Of a stretch of DNA of 64,000 bases, positions 29,175-41,400 are shown piece after piece. A program made the position numbers and the translations under genes. The stretch is from positions 64,001 through 128,000 of the forward strand of contig OY970194.1 of assembly GCA_963708075.1 (NCBI GenBank). Reading direction: 5' to 3'. Source of the stretch: Sedimentisphaerales bacterium (GTDB lineage: Bacteria > Planctomycetota > Phycisphaerae > Sedimentisphaerales > Anaerobacaceae). The notes below the pieces were generated by a model, which was not told the DNA's origin, did not search any database, and saw only the letters and a list, made by a program, of their open reading frames with translations. How positions within the stretch are numbered: the first letter of the stretch is position 1; each line of letters opens with the position of its first letter.

Positions 29175-30712
29175 ATGAACGAGCAAACGAGAAGAGAATT
29201 CCTCAAGACCCTCGGTGTTGCGGCGGGCTCGGCCGGAGTTCTATCGGCGCTGTCGGGGGACACGTGCTTTGGCCAGACTCCATCGGGTGGGAAGAGGCCG
29301 ACGAATATCCTTTTCATCATGACGGACGATCACGCTGCTCATGCCATGAGTTGCTATGGGAGCAGGATCAACAAGACCCCAAACCTGGATCGCATTGCCA
29401 AAGAGGGCATGCGCTTCAGCAACTGCTTCTGCACGAATTCCATCTGTGCTCCGAGCCGGGCCGTGATCCTCACCGGTAAATACAGCCACGTGAACGGCCT
29501 GATAGACAACGCTGTGAAGTTCGACGGGGCGCAGCAGACCTTCCCGAAGCTGCTCCGGCAGGCGGGCTACGAAACGGCCATCATCGGCAAGTGGCATCTC
29601 AAGACCGATCCGACCGGATTCGACTACTGGAACATCCTGCCGGGCCAGGGGGTGTACTACAATCCCGTGACGATCGAGATGGGCCAGAGGAGGATGCATC
29701 AGGGATACGTCACGGATATTGTGACCGATCAAGCCCTCCGATGGCTCCGGGCTCGAAAGGGCGACAAGCCATTCTGCCTGATGCTGCAGCACAAGGCGCC
29801 ACACCGTGAGTGGGAGCCGGGGCCGAAACAGTTGGCGCTCTACAAGGACGAGACGATCCCGGAGCCGGACACGTTATTCGACGATGGAGCCGGCCGGGGA
29901 CGGGCCGCCAAAGAACAGGATATGAGCATTGAGAAGACCTTGAATGATAGGGATCTCAAACTCACGGAACCCAAGAACCTAGCCCCGGAGCGAAAGGAAC
30001 AGTGGGAGGCAGCGTACGGGCCTGAGAACAAGGCCTTCGAAGAGGCTGGATTGCAGGGCAAGGACCTGATCCGATGGAAGTACCAGCGGTACATCAAGGA
30101 TTATCTTCGCTGCATTGCGTCGGTGGATGAGAATGTGGGGCGGGTGCTGGACTACCTGGAGGAATCGGGCCTGGCCGGGGACACCGTCGTGGTGTATACC
30201 TCCGATCAGGGATTCTACCTGGGCGACCACGGCTGGTTCGACAAGCGATTCATGTACGAGGAGTCGCTACGGATGCCGCTGCTGGTTCGCCATCCGGGGG
30301 AGATTCGCGCGGGGGCGGTGAACGAGGATATCGTGATGAACCTGGATTTTGCCGAGACGTTCCTGGATTACGCGGGCGTGAGCGTGCCGGGCGACATGCA
30401 GGGGCGTTCGTTGCGTCCTTTGCTGCAGGGCGCACGCCGGAGGACTGGCGAAGCTCGATGTATTATCATTACTACGAGTATCCGGCGGTCCACAGCGTGA
30501 AACGGCATTATGGCGTCCGCACTCAGCGATACAAGCTGATCCATTTCTACAACGATATCGACGAGTGGGAGCTGTACGATCTGAAGAACGACCCGGAGGA
30601 GATGCACAACATCTACAACGACCCACAGAACGCCGATGTCATCAAGGAGCTGAAGGCCGAGCTGGCACGGCTTCGCACGCAATACAAGGATACGACCGGC
30701 GCGCCGATGTAA
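29175..30712 (+). CDS. Tat-exported sulfatase (frameshift near 30435)
   Basis: TRREFLK signal; [12 protein letters not shown] formylglycine motif; GKWHL; C terminus in ORF 30458..30712. Confidence 0.88.
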
Positions 30713-30713
30713 C

Positions 30714-31277
30714 TCATCGGACCAGTTTACCCGTGCACTTGTCCCACTGGATGGTGCGGGTTTTCATGTGGTGCTCCTGGCCGTGGCAATCGGTGCAGTA
30801 CCTTCGGGCGTGCTCGTCGGGTGCGGTCTCCAGGACGCTCAGATTCGCCTCCAGGATGGGCCGGTGACTCTCCACCTGCCGAATCTCGTGCCTGGGATGG
30901 CACGTCATGCAGGTCGGATTGATCCGTTCTTTCGGGTACATCAGCTCGGGCGGCGTGACGTTGGCCTCATCTGAGCGGTGGCGAAGCGATTCGCCGTGAC
31001 ATCGCTCACAGCCGATCCCGGCCGCCTTATGTCCCACGACAAGCTTCTCTTCGTCGAAATCGGCGTGGCAGGCATAACAAAACAGATTGGCCACGAAGGG
31101 CGCTACGGGCTCGGCACCATGCTTGCCGGCTGATACGGTCGGGGTCTTTCCGGCTTGATCGACTGCAGGTGTCGTGGCTCCCTTGTCCTGCTTGAGCGAG
31201 CAACTCGCGGCGGCAATGAGCACGACGATGCCAAACAAAATGCCCATTGCCGCCCCTGGTCTTGTTCTTTCTCTCAT
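30714..31277 (-). CDS. Tetraheme c-type cytochrome lipoprotein
   Basis: Four CxxCH motifs (CYACH, CERCH, CMTCH, CTDCH); lipobox-like AASC. Confidence 0.8.
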   Translation of the reverse strand: MRERTRPGAAMGILFGIVVLIAAASCSLKQDKGATTPAVDQAGKTPTVSAGKHGAEPVAPFVANLFCYACHADFDEEKLVVGHKAAGIGCERCHGESLRHRSDEANVTPPELMYPKERINPTCMTCHPRHEIRQVESHRPILEANLSVLETAPDEHARRYCTDCHGQEHHMKTRTIQWDKCTGKLVR

Positions 31278-31331
31278 TATCCTGTTTCCCTGCACCTCCC
31301 AAACGGGTGATCCAAGTACCTTGTCATCCGG

Positions 31332-32471
31332 CTACACGTACTCCCAGTTTTTGAGCCACTGGTAGTCGGTGGGCAGCTTCGCCCAGGCCCGGTCCATGGC
31401 CTGTTCCAGTTCCTTCGCCTCCGCGGCATCCAGCTCTCGCCGCTCCTTCAAGGCCTTGACCATGTTGTCCACCTGGTGCGTGTTGATCAGGCCGGGGATC
31501 GGGGCCGTGATGACGTTCGTGGCGAGAATGTAGCGGATCGCCATGCGGGCCATCCGGTCGTCTTCTTCAGCGTGCGGGCTCTCCAGTGAGCCGTCGCCGC
31601 TGAACAGGGCATTGCTGGAGAATGGCTTGATGCCGAAGACGCCAACGTCGTGCTGTTTGACGGCGGCGAACAGGCTGTCTTCCGGCGCGACCTTGCTCTT
31701 GGCCGTGTACGGCGTCACAACCACCTGCACGATATCCGGATACGTCTCGATCATCCACTTGATATGCGGGCGGTCGTGCGACGAAAAGCCCGTGAAGCGG
31801 CACTTGCCCTGCTTGCGGGCCGTCTCAAGGGCCTTCATCATCTGCTCCACCTCCGCCTCCGTGTGCATACCGCTCTGTTCGTGCATCGTGATTCGCCACA
31901 GATCGACGTAGTCCAGCTTGGCTTCTTTCAAGCCCTTATCGAGCGTGCCAAGCAGCGCTCCGGTCGTCCGGAACTTGTCATTCCGCATCTCCTCCTGATA
32001 CCAGGAGAAGGCCAGGAACATGCTTTCGCGTCTGCCCCTGAGCGCCTCGGCATACGTCACGACCTCTTCCTTGGTGCAGGCGTCGATGTGGTTGATGCCT
32101 GACTCGATGCACCGGGTAACCACGTCCCGGCGATTCTTCTTGAAGGCCTCATCGTCGAGCTTGGCGGCGAGAAAGTTGTCGCCCTCGAAGGCACTGGGCA
32201 CCATCCTGTTGACCCGTTTCCAGTGTCCGCCCATGCACACGGCCGACACCCACAGATCGGTCTTGCCTAGCCGGTGATACTCCATCTCGGGATTGTAGCT
32301 GCGTGTTTTCTCGGCACCTGTCGCCCTTGTGGCTCCCACCACCGGTTCCGTCCTGCAACTGGTCGCGGCCATGCCGACGGCTAGTCCGGCGGCTGTCACG
32401 GTGCCGTCCCGCAACAACTCGCGTCGGGTCAGATTCTCTGGCTTGTTGGGTTGTTGGCTCTTGCTATTCAT
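31332..32471 (-). CDS. Tat-exported aldo/keto reductase
   Basis: TRRELL signal; MEYHRLGKTDLWVSAVCMGG, GKCRFTGFSSH. Confidence 0.8.
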   Translation of the reverse strand: MNSKSQQPNKPENLTRRELLRDGTVTAAGLAVGMAATSCRTEPVVGATRATGAEKTRSYNPEMEYHRLGKTDLWVSAVCMGGHWKRVNRMVPSAFEGDNFLAAKLDDEAFKKNRRDVVTRCIESGINHIDACTKEEVVTYAEALRGRRESMFLAFSWYQEEMRNDKFRTTGALLGTLDKGLKEAKLDYVDLWRITMHEQSGMHTEAEVEQMMKALETARKQGKCRFTGFSSHDRPHIKWMIETYPDIVQVVVTPYTAKSKVAPEDSLFAAVKQHDVGVFGIKPFSSNALFSGDGSLESPHAEEDDRMARMAIRYILATNVITAPIPGLINTHQVDNMVKALKERRELDAAEAKELEQAMDRAWAKLPTDYQWLKNWEYV

Positions 32472-32510
32472 GGTCTTCTCCTTGCGATCTATAGTCTCGA
32501 ATCGAAGCGC

Positions 32511-33440
32511 CTATGTATTTGTCGTTCCATGAAGCTGGGCATAACAGTTCTTCAAGTAGTCCCGCGCGGTTACCAGGTTCGTCATCGTGGTCTCTGTCCC
32601 CGGGTGCTCATGCATGAAGGGATTGACGTATCCACGATAGCGTATCTGCGCCAAAGCACGAATCCACGGCATCATGTCGGTGGGGCCGACGCCGGGAAGC
32701 TGCTTCACGCCCGGCTGATTTTGCCACGCATAAAAGAAAAACAACTGCTGCCCGCAAATGCGAATCGCCTCGGGCACCGAGACTTTGAGGGCCTGGATGT
32801 GGTAGGGGGCCAGGGCAATCCCCAGTCGCGGCGAGGTATTCGTATCGACAAACGCCTTGAGCGAGTCGAGCGAATCCAGCAGGGCCTGTCCGTGGTTCTC
32901 GATAGCCAGGTACGAGTTGTACTTCTCCGCCAACTCGATGGAGGGCTTGAGGCCGTCAATGAATTGCCGCATCCGGCCGCCCAGTTCCTCCGGCTTGCAC
33001 GGACCTGCGCTGCTCTGGATGGCCAAGCCGCCGCCGGCTTTGCCCAGCAGCTCGGCATATCGCTCGTAGCCGCCCTGATAAACGGAGAATGCGAACAGCT
33101 TGAGCTTGTGCCTGGCCAGCAATTCCTTCAATCCCTCGGGCCCGAGCCGTGAGGCGACATCGTCCAGATGCGGACAGCCTTCGTAGGCGGACCAGATATC
33201 GATCGCTTCAAAGCCCAGCTCAGAGATCTTTTCGCAGGCTTTCTCAATGGGCAGCTCCATGAAATGGATGGAGGAGGTGGACAGCCGCATCCGCCAGGGC
33301 GACGCATTGGCCGGTCGCAGCACGTCACTGGTTGACTCTGCTCTTACGGTCCGCGATGCAGCAACCGCCCCCATCAGTTGCAGGAAACTGCGCCGACCGA
33401 TTGTCTGGTCCATAGAACGCCTCTTCTGCTCGCCGCTCAT
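32511..33440 (-). CDS. Sugar phosphate isomerase/epimerase (xylose-isomerase-like TIM barrel), Tat signal
   Basis: GRRSFL; LGFEAIDIW, LAIENHG. Confidence 0.75.
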   Translation of the reverse strand: MSGEQKRRSMDQTIGRRSFLQLMGAVAASRTVRAESTSDVLRPANASPWRMRLSTSSIHFMELPIEKACEKISELGFEAIDIWSAYEGCPHLDDVASRLGPEGLKELLARHKLKLFAFSVYQGGYERYAELLGKAGGGLAIQSSAGPCKPEELGGRMRQFIDGLKPSIELAEKYNSYLAIENHGQALLDSLDSLKAFVDTNTSPRLGIALAPYHIQALKVSVPEAIRICGQQLFFFYAWQNQPGVKQLPGVGPTDMMPWIRALAQIRYRGYVNPFMHEHPGTETTMTNLVTARDYLKNCYAQLHGTTNT

Positions 33441-33537
33441 GCACTGCTCACCCAACGGCTTGTTCAAGGTATCAGACGGGTCGGGATTCCGCAAGCATTG
33501 ATTCTTGCCTGAGCGACCTGCGCCCTATAATGCTGCT

Positions 33538-34308
33538 ATGCCTTCGCCTGAACAGGAACAGAACCAGACTCTCGTGCCTGCTCTGAACGAGCTTACGATC
33601 AGGGTCGTTCACGACAACTACCCGTGTGCCGATTCGTTAAGGACCGCATGGGGATTCTCGGCCCTTGTCACCGGGCCGGAGAAAACCATTCTTTTCGATA
33701 CGGGCAGTGACGGCACGCTTCTGTTGCAGAACATGGCGAGCCTGCAAGTCGAGCCCGCCGGCATTGACACGGTTGTCCTGTCGCACATTCACGCTGATCA
33801 CACCGGTGGACTGACCGGCTTTCTGAAGGCCAATGCCCGCGTCGAGGTGTACGTGCCCCGGTCCTTCCCGGCAAGGGTCAAAGGCGTTGTGCGGGGATAT
33901 GGAGCGACCATCGTCGAGGTGACCACATCTCGGGAGATCTGCCCGAATGTGTACACGACCGGCGTCTTGGGCAGACTCATCAAGGAGCAGGCCCTGATCG
34001 TTCGCACGCAGCGCGGGCTCGTCGTTCTCACCGGCTGTGCCCATCCCGGCATCGTAAGAATCGTGGAGGAAGTCGAGAGCCTGCACCCGGAGAACATCCT
34101 GCTCGTCATGGGCGGATTCCATCTCGAATGGGCCACAAAAGGAAGAGTGGAAAGGATCGTCGCCGCCTTCGAAGAGCATGGCGTCCGATACGTTGCGCCG
34201 ACCCACTGCTCCGGCGAGAGGGCAAGGCATCTGTTTCAGCAGCACTATGGAGAGGGCCACATCGATGCAGGAGCAGGCAAGACAATTTTCCTCACCGACC
34301 TATCGTGA
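33538..34308 (+). CDS. MBL-fold metallo-hydrolase
   Basis: LFDTG, LSHIHADHTGG, TGCAHPG, GGFHL, PTHCSG; TATAAT 6 nt before the ATG suggests a leaderless mRNA. Confidence 0.85.
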   Translation: MPSPEQEQNQTLVPALNELTIRVVHDNYPCADSLRTAWGFSALVTGPEKTILFDTGSDGTLLLQNMASLQVEPAGIDTVVLSHIHADHTGGLTGFLKANARVEVYVPRSFPARVKGVVRGYGATIVEVTTSREICPNVYTTGVLGRLIKEQALIVRTQRGLVVLTGCAHPGIVRIVEEVESLHPENILLVMGGFHLEWATKGRVERIVAAFEEHGVRYVAPTHCSGERARHLFQQHYGEGHIDAGAGKTIFLTDLS

Positions 34309-34391
34309 CGCCACATTTCCCTGTGAACGCCCATTCTGCATCGCCACAATAGCCAGCCCGCAACTCGCCGGTTGCGAATGCACTCTCGCGA

Positions 34392-36251
34392 CTACGTCTG
34401 GCCTTGCGGCTGCGGCTGTTTCTGTGATTGTCCCGGCGGCGGGCTCTGCTGGCGCTGCTCCTGCATTTTCTGCTGCTGCAACTGCATGAAGACTCCCATG
34501 ATCTCCATCAGATGCTGTTTGGGCAGGGCCAACTCGACCCCCAGGCTGCCGCCGGTCATCTTCCCCGCAACAGCGATATTGGTCTGGCTTTGCACGGACG
34601 TCTGCGGGATCGGTAAAGGCATGATCGCCGCGACCAGTTGGAGCACACGCAGGTAGTTGTACGTCACAAAGAAGTTGGCCTTTTCCGACCCGGGGATCAA
34701 TTGCATGGCCGCCTGGACCTCACTGGGGGCCGGCTGTGTGTCGCCGCCTTTCACCTGATCGATCAGCTTGTGCACCAGCGTCCCGGAGTCACCCGCAACC
34801 GCATAGACCAGCAGATTGTTGACCACGGCAAACCGGCCCTCGATCCCTTGGCCGAAGATCATAGAGAGCATCTGGCTCTCCTGGGAGTTCGGATCGGTTG
34901 GATTGAAGCTGACCCTGACCACATCGACGGGCACATCCTTGTATGTCTCCGCTTTGCGCTTGAGCTCGAACTTGATCCCCATCCCCGACTGTTTCATGAG
35001 GTCGGCGAACGGGCCGGATTCAAACATGGCCGGGGCCTGTTCTATCGCTCGATAAAACGCCTGCGGGTCCTTCAGGCCAACGACATACTGCAGCCTGAAC
35101 GGTGGCTTGGTTTTCGCATCCATCGAGAACGAAGCCGCCAGCGTCCCGGTGAGGGAATTGGTTGCATCTGTCGCCAGTTTCTTCAGCTTGCTGACCTCCT
35201 CGCTGGACGCATCCTTGCCTGTGAGCTTGGGGATCATGTCGAAATAGAAGTTGTTGAGCCGGTTCCAAGTGGCCGGGTCCACGGACATGACGAGATTCAT
35301 GACCGCCCCATTTTCGAGGTACTGCATGAACTTCTTGTCCGGGGCTCCGGCGGATCCCTGAAGAACCTTTGCCATCTCGGTATTAGGCACAGCGGTTGCC
35401 ACGAATCCGGCACGAATCGCATCAGGAGTCGGGTCCAGCGTCAGGCTCGCGGACTGCATCTCCTGCATCAGCGAGTTCAACATCGCTATGTTCATATCCA
35501 TGGCCGCGCCGGCCTGGCCGATCTGGCCCTGTTTCTGCGTCTCCTGCATGGCCTTCTTCGCTTCCTGGAGCTTGGCCTGGATCATCGGCCCATACATCTT
35601 GGACACCGTCTGGATGTTGGCGTACCCCCACACCGGGGCGTCCTGGGCGCGTTTCAATTCGTCGGGACTGAGTCTCTTGGCCAGCGCGGTCGCTCCCGGG
35701 CCGGCGAGCAACTTCTTCGTCTCGATCAGGGCCTGCCGGTTATTCGGGGTAGTCACCAGAGCATAGCCGGGCACGCCGGCAGCCATGAACATCGGTTGCT
35801 CTTTGGGGCCGATCGCGGAAAGGCCCTGCGCATCGGGAGGGGTCACATTCGGATTGCCTTCTGTAAACTGTTTGTAGTCGCTCATAGGGACAAGCAGCCC
35901 GAAGCGTTTGATGTCCGGCTTGTCGCCGCCGGGCAGCGGCCCGAAAATGGCGAAGCTTCCGGACATGTTGATCCCTTTGGGCTCCGTACTGCCCAGGAAC
36001 TTGGCCAACTGGGCAGGCACGATCCCGGAGACGCCAATAGGCGATATGCCGGTCAGGAACTGGTCGATCTTGCCCATTGTCCCCGTCAGATTGTTGATCC
36101 GAACGCAGAACAGGGAATCGGCGGGGATGACCGAGATCGGATCGCCGGAGGCCGGCTGCGGGCCGCTTGCGGCACCGATGGCCGCCGTACAGAACAGGGA
36201 TATCGATGTCCACAGAACAAGTGCCAATCTCGCCTGGCTCAATCGTACCAT
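34392..36251 (-). CDS. Exported hypothetical protein (DUF3352-like)
   Basis: Long ORF with signal peptide, RBS AGGAGG, Gln/Pro-rich tail. Confidence 0.65.
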   Translation of the reverse strand: MVRLSQARLALVLWTSISLFCTAAIGAASGPQPASGDPISVIPADSLFCVRINNLTGTMGKIDQFLTGISPIGVSGIVPAQLAKFLGSTEPKGINMSGSFAIFGPLPGGDKPDIKRFGLLVPMSDYKQFTEGNPNVTPPDAQGLSAIGPKEQPMFMAAGVPGYALVTTPNNRQALIETKKLLAGPGATALAKRLSPDELKRAQDAPVWGYANIQTVSKMYGPMIQAKLQEAKKAMQETQKQGQIGQAGAAMDMNIAMLNSLMQEMQSASLTLDPTPDAIRAGFVATAVPNTEMAKVLQGSAGAPDKKFMQYLENGAVMNLVMSVDPATWNRLNNFYFDMIPKLTGKDASSEEVSKLKKLATDATNSLTGTLAASFSMDAKTKPPFRLQYVVGLKDPQAFYRAIEQAPAMFESGPFADLMKQSGMGIKFELKRKAETYKDVPVDVVRVSFNPTDPNSQESQMLSMIFGQGIEGRFAVVNNLLVYAVAGDSGTLVHKLIDQVKGGDTQPAPSEVQAAMQLIPGSEKANFFVTYNYLRVLQLVAAIMPLPIPQTSVQSQTNIAVAGKMTGGSLGVELALPKQHLMEIMGVFMQLQQQKMQEQRQQSPPPGQSQKQPQPQGQT

Positions 36252-36271
36252 TGTGCAACCTCCTGCTGAGA

Positions 36272-36359
36272 ATTTACGATTTACCATTTACGATTTACGA
36301 TTGCGAATGATAAATCGTAAATGGTAAATCATCAATTGACAATCTTAAATCTGGAAATC
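36272..36359. repeat. Heptamer tandem repeats forming an inverted array
   Basis: ATTTACG/ATTTACC x4, then RTAAATC/GTAAATG units (reverse complement). Confidence 0.75.
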
Positions 36360-36375
36360 ATGTCTCGCTCTTGGC

Positions 36376-36981
36376 CTACCGCCTTCTACTATACGTGCTC
36401 ATGATCTGTCCCTGTGCGAGGATATGCCCCTCCATGACTTCGAGCAGATCGGCCTTTCTCTTGCCCGGCGGCAGGTTTACCTGTGTATTGAGAGCGTAGA
36501 TCTTGAAGAAGTAGTGATGGGTTCCACTCGGCGGGCATGGCCCCATGTAGCCGAAATCGCCTCCGTCGTTTATCCCTTGCCTGGCGCCGTTGGAGAGGAT
36601 TTTGTCACGGGCCATGTCCTCCGGCAGCTCCCGCGTGCTCGCGGGCAGATCGTAGAGCACCCAGTGGACGAACGTCCTGCGCGGTGCATCCGGGTCGTCG
36701 GCGATCAGGACGAAGCTCTTTGTCCCTTCCGGACCCGACTCCCAACTCAACGGGGGCGAGATGTCCTCGCCGTCGCACGTGTACTGTCGGGGAATGGCGC
36801 CGCCTTCTTTGAACGCGGAGCTCATGACCTGCATCGTCGCAACGTCGATGTCCATCGTCGTCCTGGCCATATCGTTCTCTCCATTCCTGCACGAAAAGAG
36901 CCCCGTCGCAAGCATAGTGACGGGGCAGATGATGGTTGCTATCCTCCACCTTACGCTGGCGTGCTGCTTTCTTGCCTGCAT
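36376..36981 (-). CDS. YbhB/YbcL (PEBP) family protein
   Basis: YTCDGEDISPPLSW, DDPDAP, FVHWVLY, GYMGPCPPSGTHHY; start may be 36870. Confidence 0.9.
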   Translation of the reverse strand: MQARKQHASVRWRIATIICPVTMLATGLFSCRNGENDMARTTMDIDVATMQVMSSAFKEGGAIPRQYTCDGEDISPPLSWESGPEGTKSFVLIADDPDAPRRTFVHWVLYDLPASTRELPEDMARDKILSNGARQGINDGGDFGYMGPCPPSGTHHYFFKIYALNTQVNLPPGKRKADLLEVMEGHILAQGQIMSTYSRRR

Positions 36982-37141
36982 CGTGTTGTTCCGCCATGTC
37001 CTGATGCTGTTTCCCCCTGCGTATTACCGGGGCAGCCGGCAACTGTCCCTACGTTGACTCTACCTGTGGTGCGGCCACAATCACAAGAGGCATTCCGGCA
37101 CAGTGGCTAAGGATTTCCCCGATGGTTTATGGGCAGCGGAA

Positions 37142-37828
<687 letters not shown>

Positions 37829-37851
37829 AGCGCCCGGGTCTCCATGAGGTA

Positions 37852-38445
37852 TCAATCTACGATGACCTCCTTGAGCGAACGCTTGGGGACATGGTGGACC
37901 GCGTCACGGTCTCGCCAGTACTTGATGTCCCCGTTGGGCCCGACCTCGTCGATGACTACCTGCTCCCGTGGCTTACCCAGGGCGATTACGAGGAGGATTT
38001 CGTACCGCGACGGGATGGCCAATGCTTCGCGAAGCTCCTCCCTCTTGATCAAGCCGATCATGCATCCGGCGAGCCCCTTCTCGCGGGCGCCGAGGAGGAT
38101 GCTCTGCGCCGCGATGCCGTGGTCGCAGCCGAAGCCCTTACTGATCTGCGTGTCGCCGAGAATGATGATATAGCCGGCCGGCCGCTCCCCCGGCGAGGGC
38201 CCCGGCCACTCTTTCAGATACGCAGCCCAAGCCAGATGCGGGAAAATGCCGGCATTTTCCTGCGGCTCGTGCGAGAGGAAATACTTCAGCGGCTGCAGGT
38301 TCCCCGCCGAGGCGGAGAGCCTGGCCAGATCCACCAACTCTTCGAGCGTTCGACGCTCGACGGTGAATCCCTCTTCGAACCGCCGACAGCTCCTGTTACT
38401 AATGATAAGGTCGCGTATCACGGGCGTTCTCTCCAGGGTACTCAT
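37852..38445 (-). CDS. Nitroreductase family protein
   Basis: NRSCRRF, ARLSASAGNLQPL, DHGIAAQSILLGA, HHVPKR. Confidence 0.88.
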   Translation of the reverse strand: MSTLERTPVIRDLIISNRSCRRFEEGFTVERRTLEELVDLARLSASAGNLQPLKYFLSHEPQENAGIFPHLAWAAYLKEWPGPSPGERPAGYIIILGDTQISKGFGCDHGIAAQSILLGAREKGLAGCMIGLIKREELREALAIPSRYEILLVIALGKPREQVVIDEVGPNGDIKYWRDRDAVHHVPKRSLKEVIVD

Positions 38446-41400
38446 CGCTCCTGCTGCCGGCCTATTGCGATCTCCATGTCTTGTCCCTCCGACACGCGTA
38501 CGGGGTCGGCGAGCTCAATCTGGACTCGGCCATTCTGCACAATATGCTGGCTCTTGACTGATCTGTCGCCGATCCGGGCTGCGACATTCACCGCCTTCCA
38601 GCCTTCGGGAATGGCGAATGCAAGGGTCTTCAAATTCAGACGGCCCCAGCGGACGCCGATCTGCTCTCGCTGCGAGTCTTGGGTCCGGGTTTGGGCGAAT
38701 GAGCCCCATCCTTCGGCACCTGTGAACGCGGCCCGGAAATTGTCCGGCGTGATGCGCGGGGCAAAGCCGATATGTCCCTTCGGGCCGTGGTACTCGAAGC
38801 CGGACAAGGCGGTATAGACGCCCCAACTGGCCATGGCTCGGGCGTAGTGGTCGCCGCACTCGATCTCGTTGAATGGATTGTGCTTGGCCGGGTGGTAACG
38901 GTCCTCGACCCCGCGACAGATGGCCAGGGCTTCGGTGAGCATATTCTCCCAGACCATGTGGCCTGCCACCTGGTACTCGATGCCGGTCCAGACCTCCTCG
39001 CGGTATCGCACACCCTCTTTCAGGTACTCGCTCTTGGGCCATGTGCACGTGAAGAGTCCCGCCTCGCCGGGCAGGGCGAACCATCGCTCCGGCGGATGTG
39101 CGCCGTTGTGCGGCCCCACGTCGGGGGCCCAGTCGTACTTCCAGATCGACCTCAATGCCTGCTTCACGTTCGTCGGCGGATAGATGTACCCGAGCCCGAG
39201 TTGGTGGGCCCAGCCCTGTCCGAAGAGCTGGTCGGCCAGACATCCCTTGCCGTACTGGTCCTTCGGGTGCTTCACCAGATCGACGATCTGAATGAAGTAT
39301 TCGCCGTCCCACAGACGTTCGATGCTGAGCCGGCTGCCGCTCTCGAAGATTTTGCGGCATCGCTGGGCGAATTCATCGTCCCCCATCTGCTTGGCCATCT
39401 CCTCGCCGGCGCGAACGGCGGCCAGGTAGAGTGAGCCGACAAACGTGTTGGGTCCCTCGAAGTTGATGTCATAGGTGTTGTGCTGGCTGTTCTCTATCAG
39501 ACCGTCGTCATTGCCGTCCTGCTTGATCGAGAATTCCAGGGCCTTCTTGATCCACGGCCAGTTGCGCTTGAGGAACGAGTCATCGGGGGAGCACAGGTGC
39601 TCGCGGTATGCCTTGAGAATCGTGCCACATTGCCCATCCGCCGCGTACACGCGATTGCTCCGGAAGCCCACAAGGCCACTATTCTCGTCAAAGCCGGCCC
39701 CGAAGTCCTGCATCTCGCGGGCGCTTCGCTCCAGTTCCGGGAACAGCCGGGCCGGTGCGTGAGCATAGTTCCACACGTGGGTGCAGGTCCCTTCGCAGCA
39801 GCCGACGCCTTCCCACGCCCAGAACCGGCCGCTCTGCCACCACTGGCACGTCCCGGTCGCCATGGTGCTGACCGTTGAATGCAGCCGGAACAGCAGCCAG
39901 CGGGGCAGGGTGCTGTCCTCGTAAAACGTCTGGCACCATTTCTTCGTATCGCCGGCGAGCCGATCGTGGTTGTCCAGCACATAATGAGCGACATCCGCGG
40001 CACTCTTGAAGCGGGCCGCGTACTCGTGTCCCCCCTGCGGATGATTCGGGAAGAACCACGCCAGAACGAACGTGACTGTCCGGGTGGCTCCCGGCGCCAG
40101 TTCCGCGGCTTTCGCGCTCATGGATGTAGTTGCCCTCTCAGTGATTGGATATGACACGTCCTGCTTTGTGTTCCACCCCTTAGCCTGGTCAGCGGTCCGG
40201 GGCGAGTCCTTCCACACGATTGAGCTATCCGAGAAGTCCTCCGCCATAGCGAGCACGAGCGAGCCATAGTCGGGCAGCTTGTCGAAGGGGCCAAGGTCGC
40301 CCTGTTGCGGCTCGTCGGACAACTCGATCTGGTCGATGTTAATGTGTCCCCATCCGCCGGAGTTGCGGTCCACGATCTCGATGCGGGCGGTCTTTCCCTG
40401 GAGGTCTTCGACGTTCCAGAAGAACCATTCGAGCTTCTCATTGTCCTTGCCTGCGGCGGTTCGCACGACCTTGCCATCGACGAGCAGGTTGATGCAGGTT
40501 TCGCCGGCGTGACTGCCGCCTCCGATGAGGAAGTTGATGTACTTGCGGGAGACCTCGAAAGCAGGGGAGGTAAGCGTGCCTTGCGGGCCGTCGCCTCCGA
40601 GGAATGTGTTCACAAGCCCCTTGCCGAGAAAGCCGTTGACGTTTTGCTGACTGGGCAATGTCCCATGTGCGGGCCCTTTGCCGAAAGCCTCTCCCGTCGC
40701 TTGCCAGTCGCCGTAGCTGTCGCCTTCAAAGTCCGCCAGAGTGATCTTCGGTCGGGGCTTTTCGACCTGCTCCTTGGGGGTCTCCTTGGCGGTGTGAACG
40801 ATCAACGTGCGGCCCTTCCCGATTTTGATCTGGCTCTGCCGCTGTCCGTGCACGCTCTTGGCGGAGTTGAAGCACACGGCGTTCTCCAACCAGCTCAGGA
40901 CATTCACACGCTGAGCCTTGTCGGAGGTGTTCTTGAGGGTGATATGGAAGATCGTCGCGGGCAGGGCGGAGTCCCTGGCGTTGAGTGGGATGAAGGGCGA
41001 AAACGCCTCCATCTGTGCAACGATCGGAAAACCATCCGCCCTGTACCGAACCAGCCCGACCGGATACTCACCGGCGAACTCGACAGCACCGAAGTCTTTA
41101 TTCAACGGTCGCACGATGGTCTTGCCGTCAGACTCGATGACCACTGCAAAGCCGGAATCGACAGGTGAGTCGGGCCGGTAGGTTCGATAATTGTCCCGGC
41201 CGTAGCCGCTGAAGATGTGCCGATTGAAGATCTGCCAGAGTCCGAGCGTGCCGTCGCCGCGCAGATACAGTTGCCCCGTCGCGATGCCCCCGATCGGCAT
41301 GCCGATAGTCTCCAACTCCTCACCTGTGTACACCGCTCGCTCGCCCCTCTCGAACAGCGAACGGGTGAACTCCTGCGAGAGGTTCTTGTCGGCGGGGACA

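Noticed and set aside
36272..36359. Possible CRISPR array
   Set aside because: Units are 7 bp with no unique spacers, and there are no cas genes
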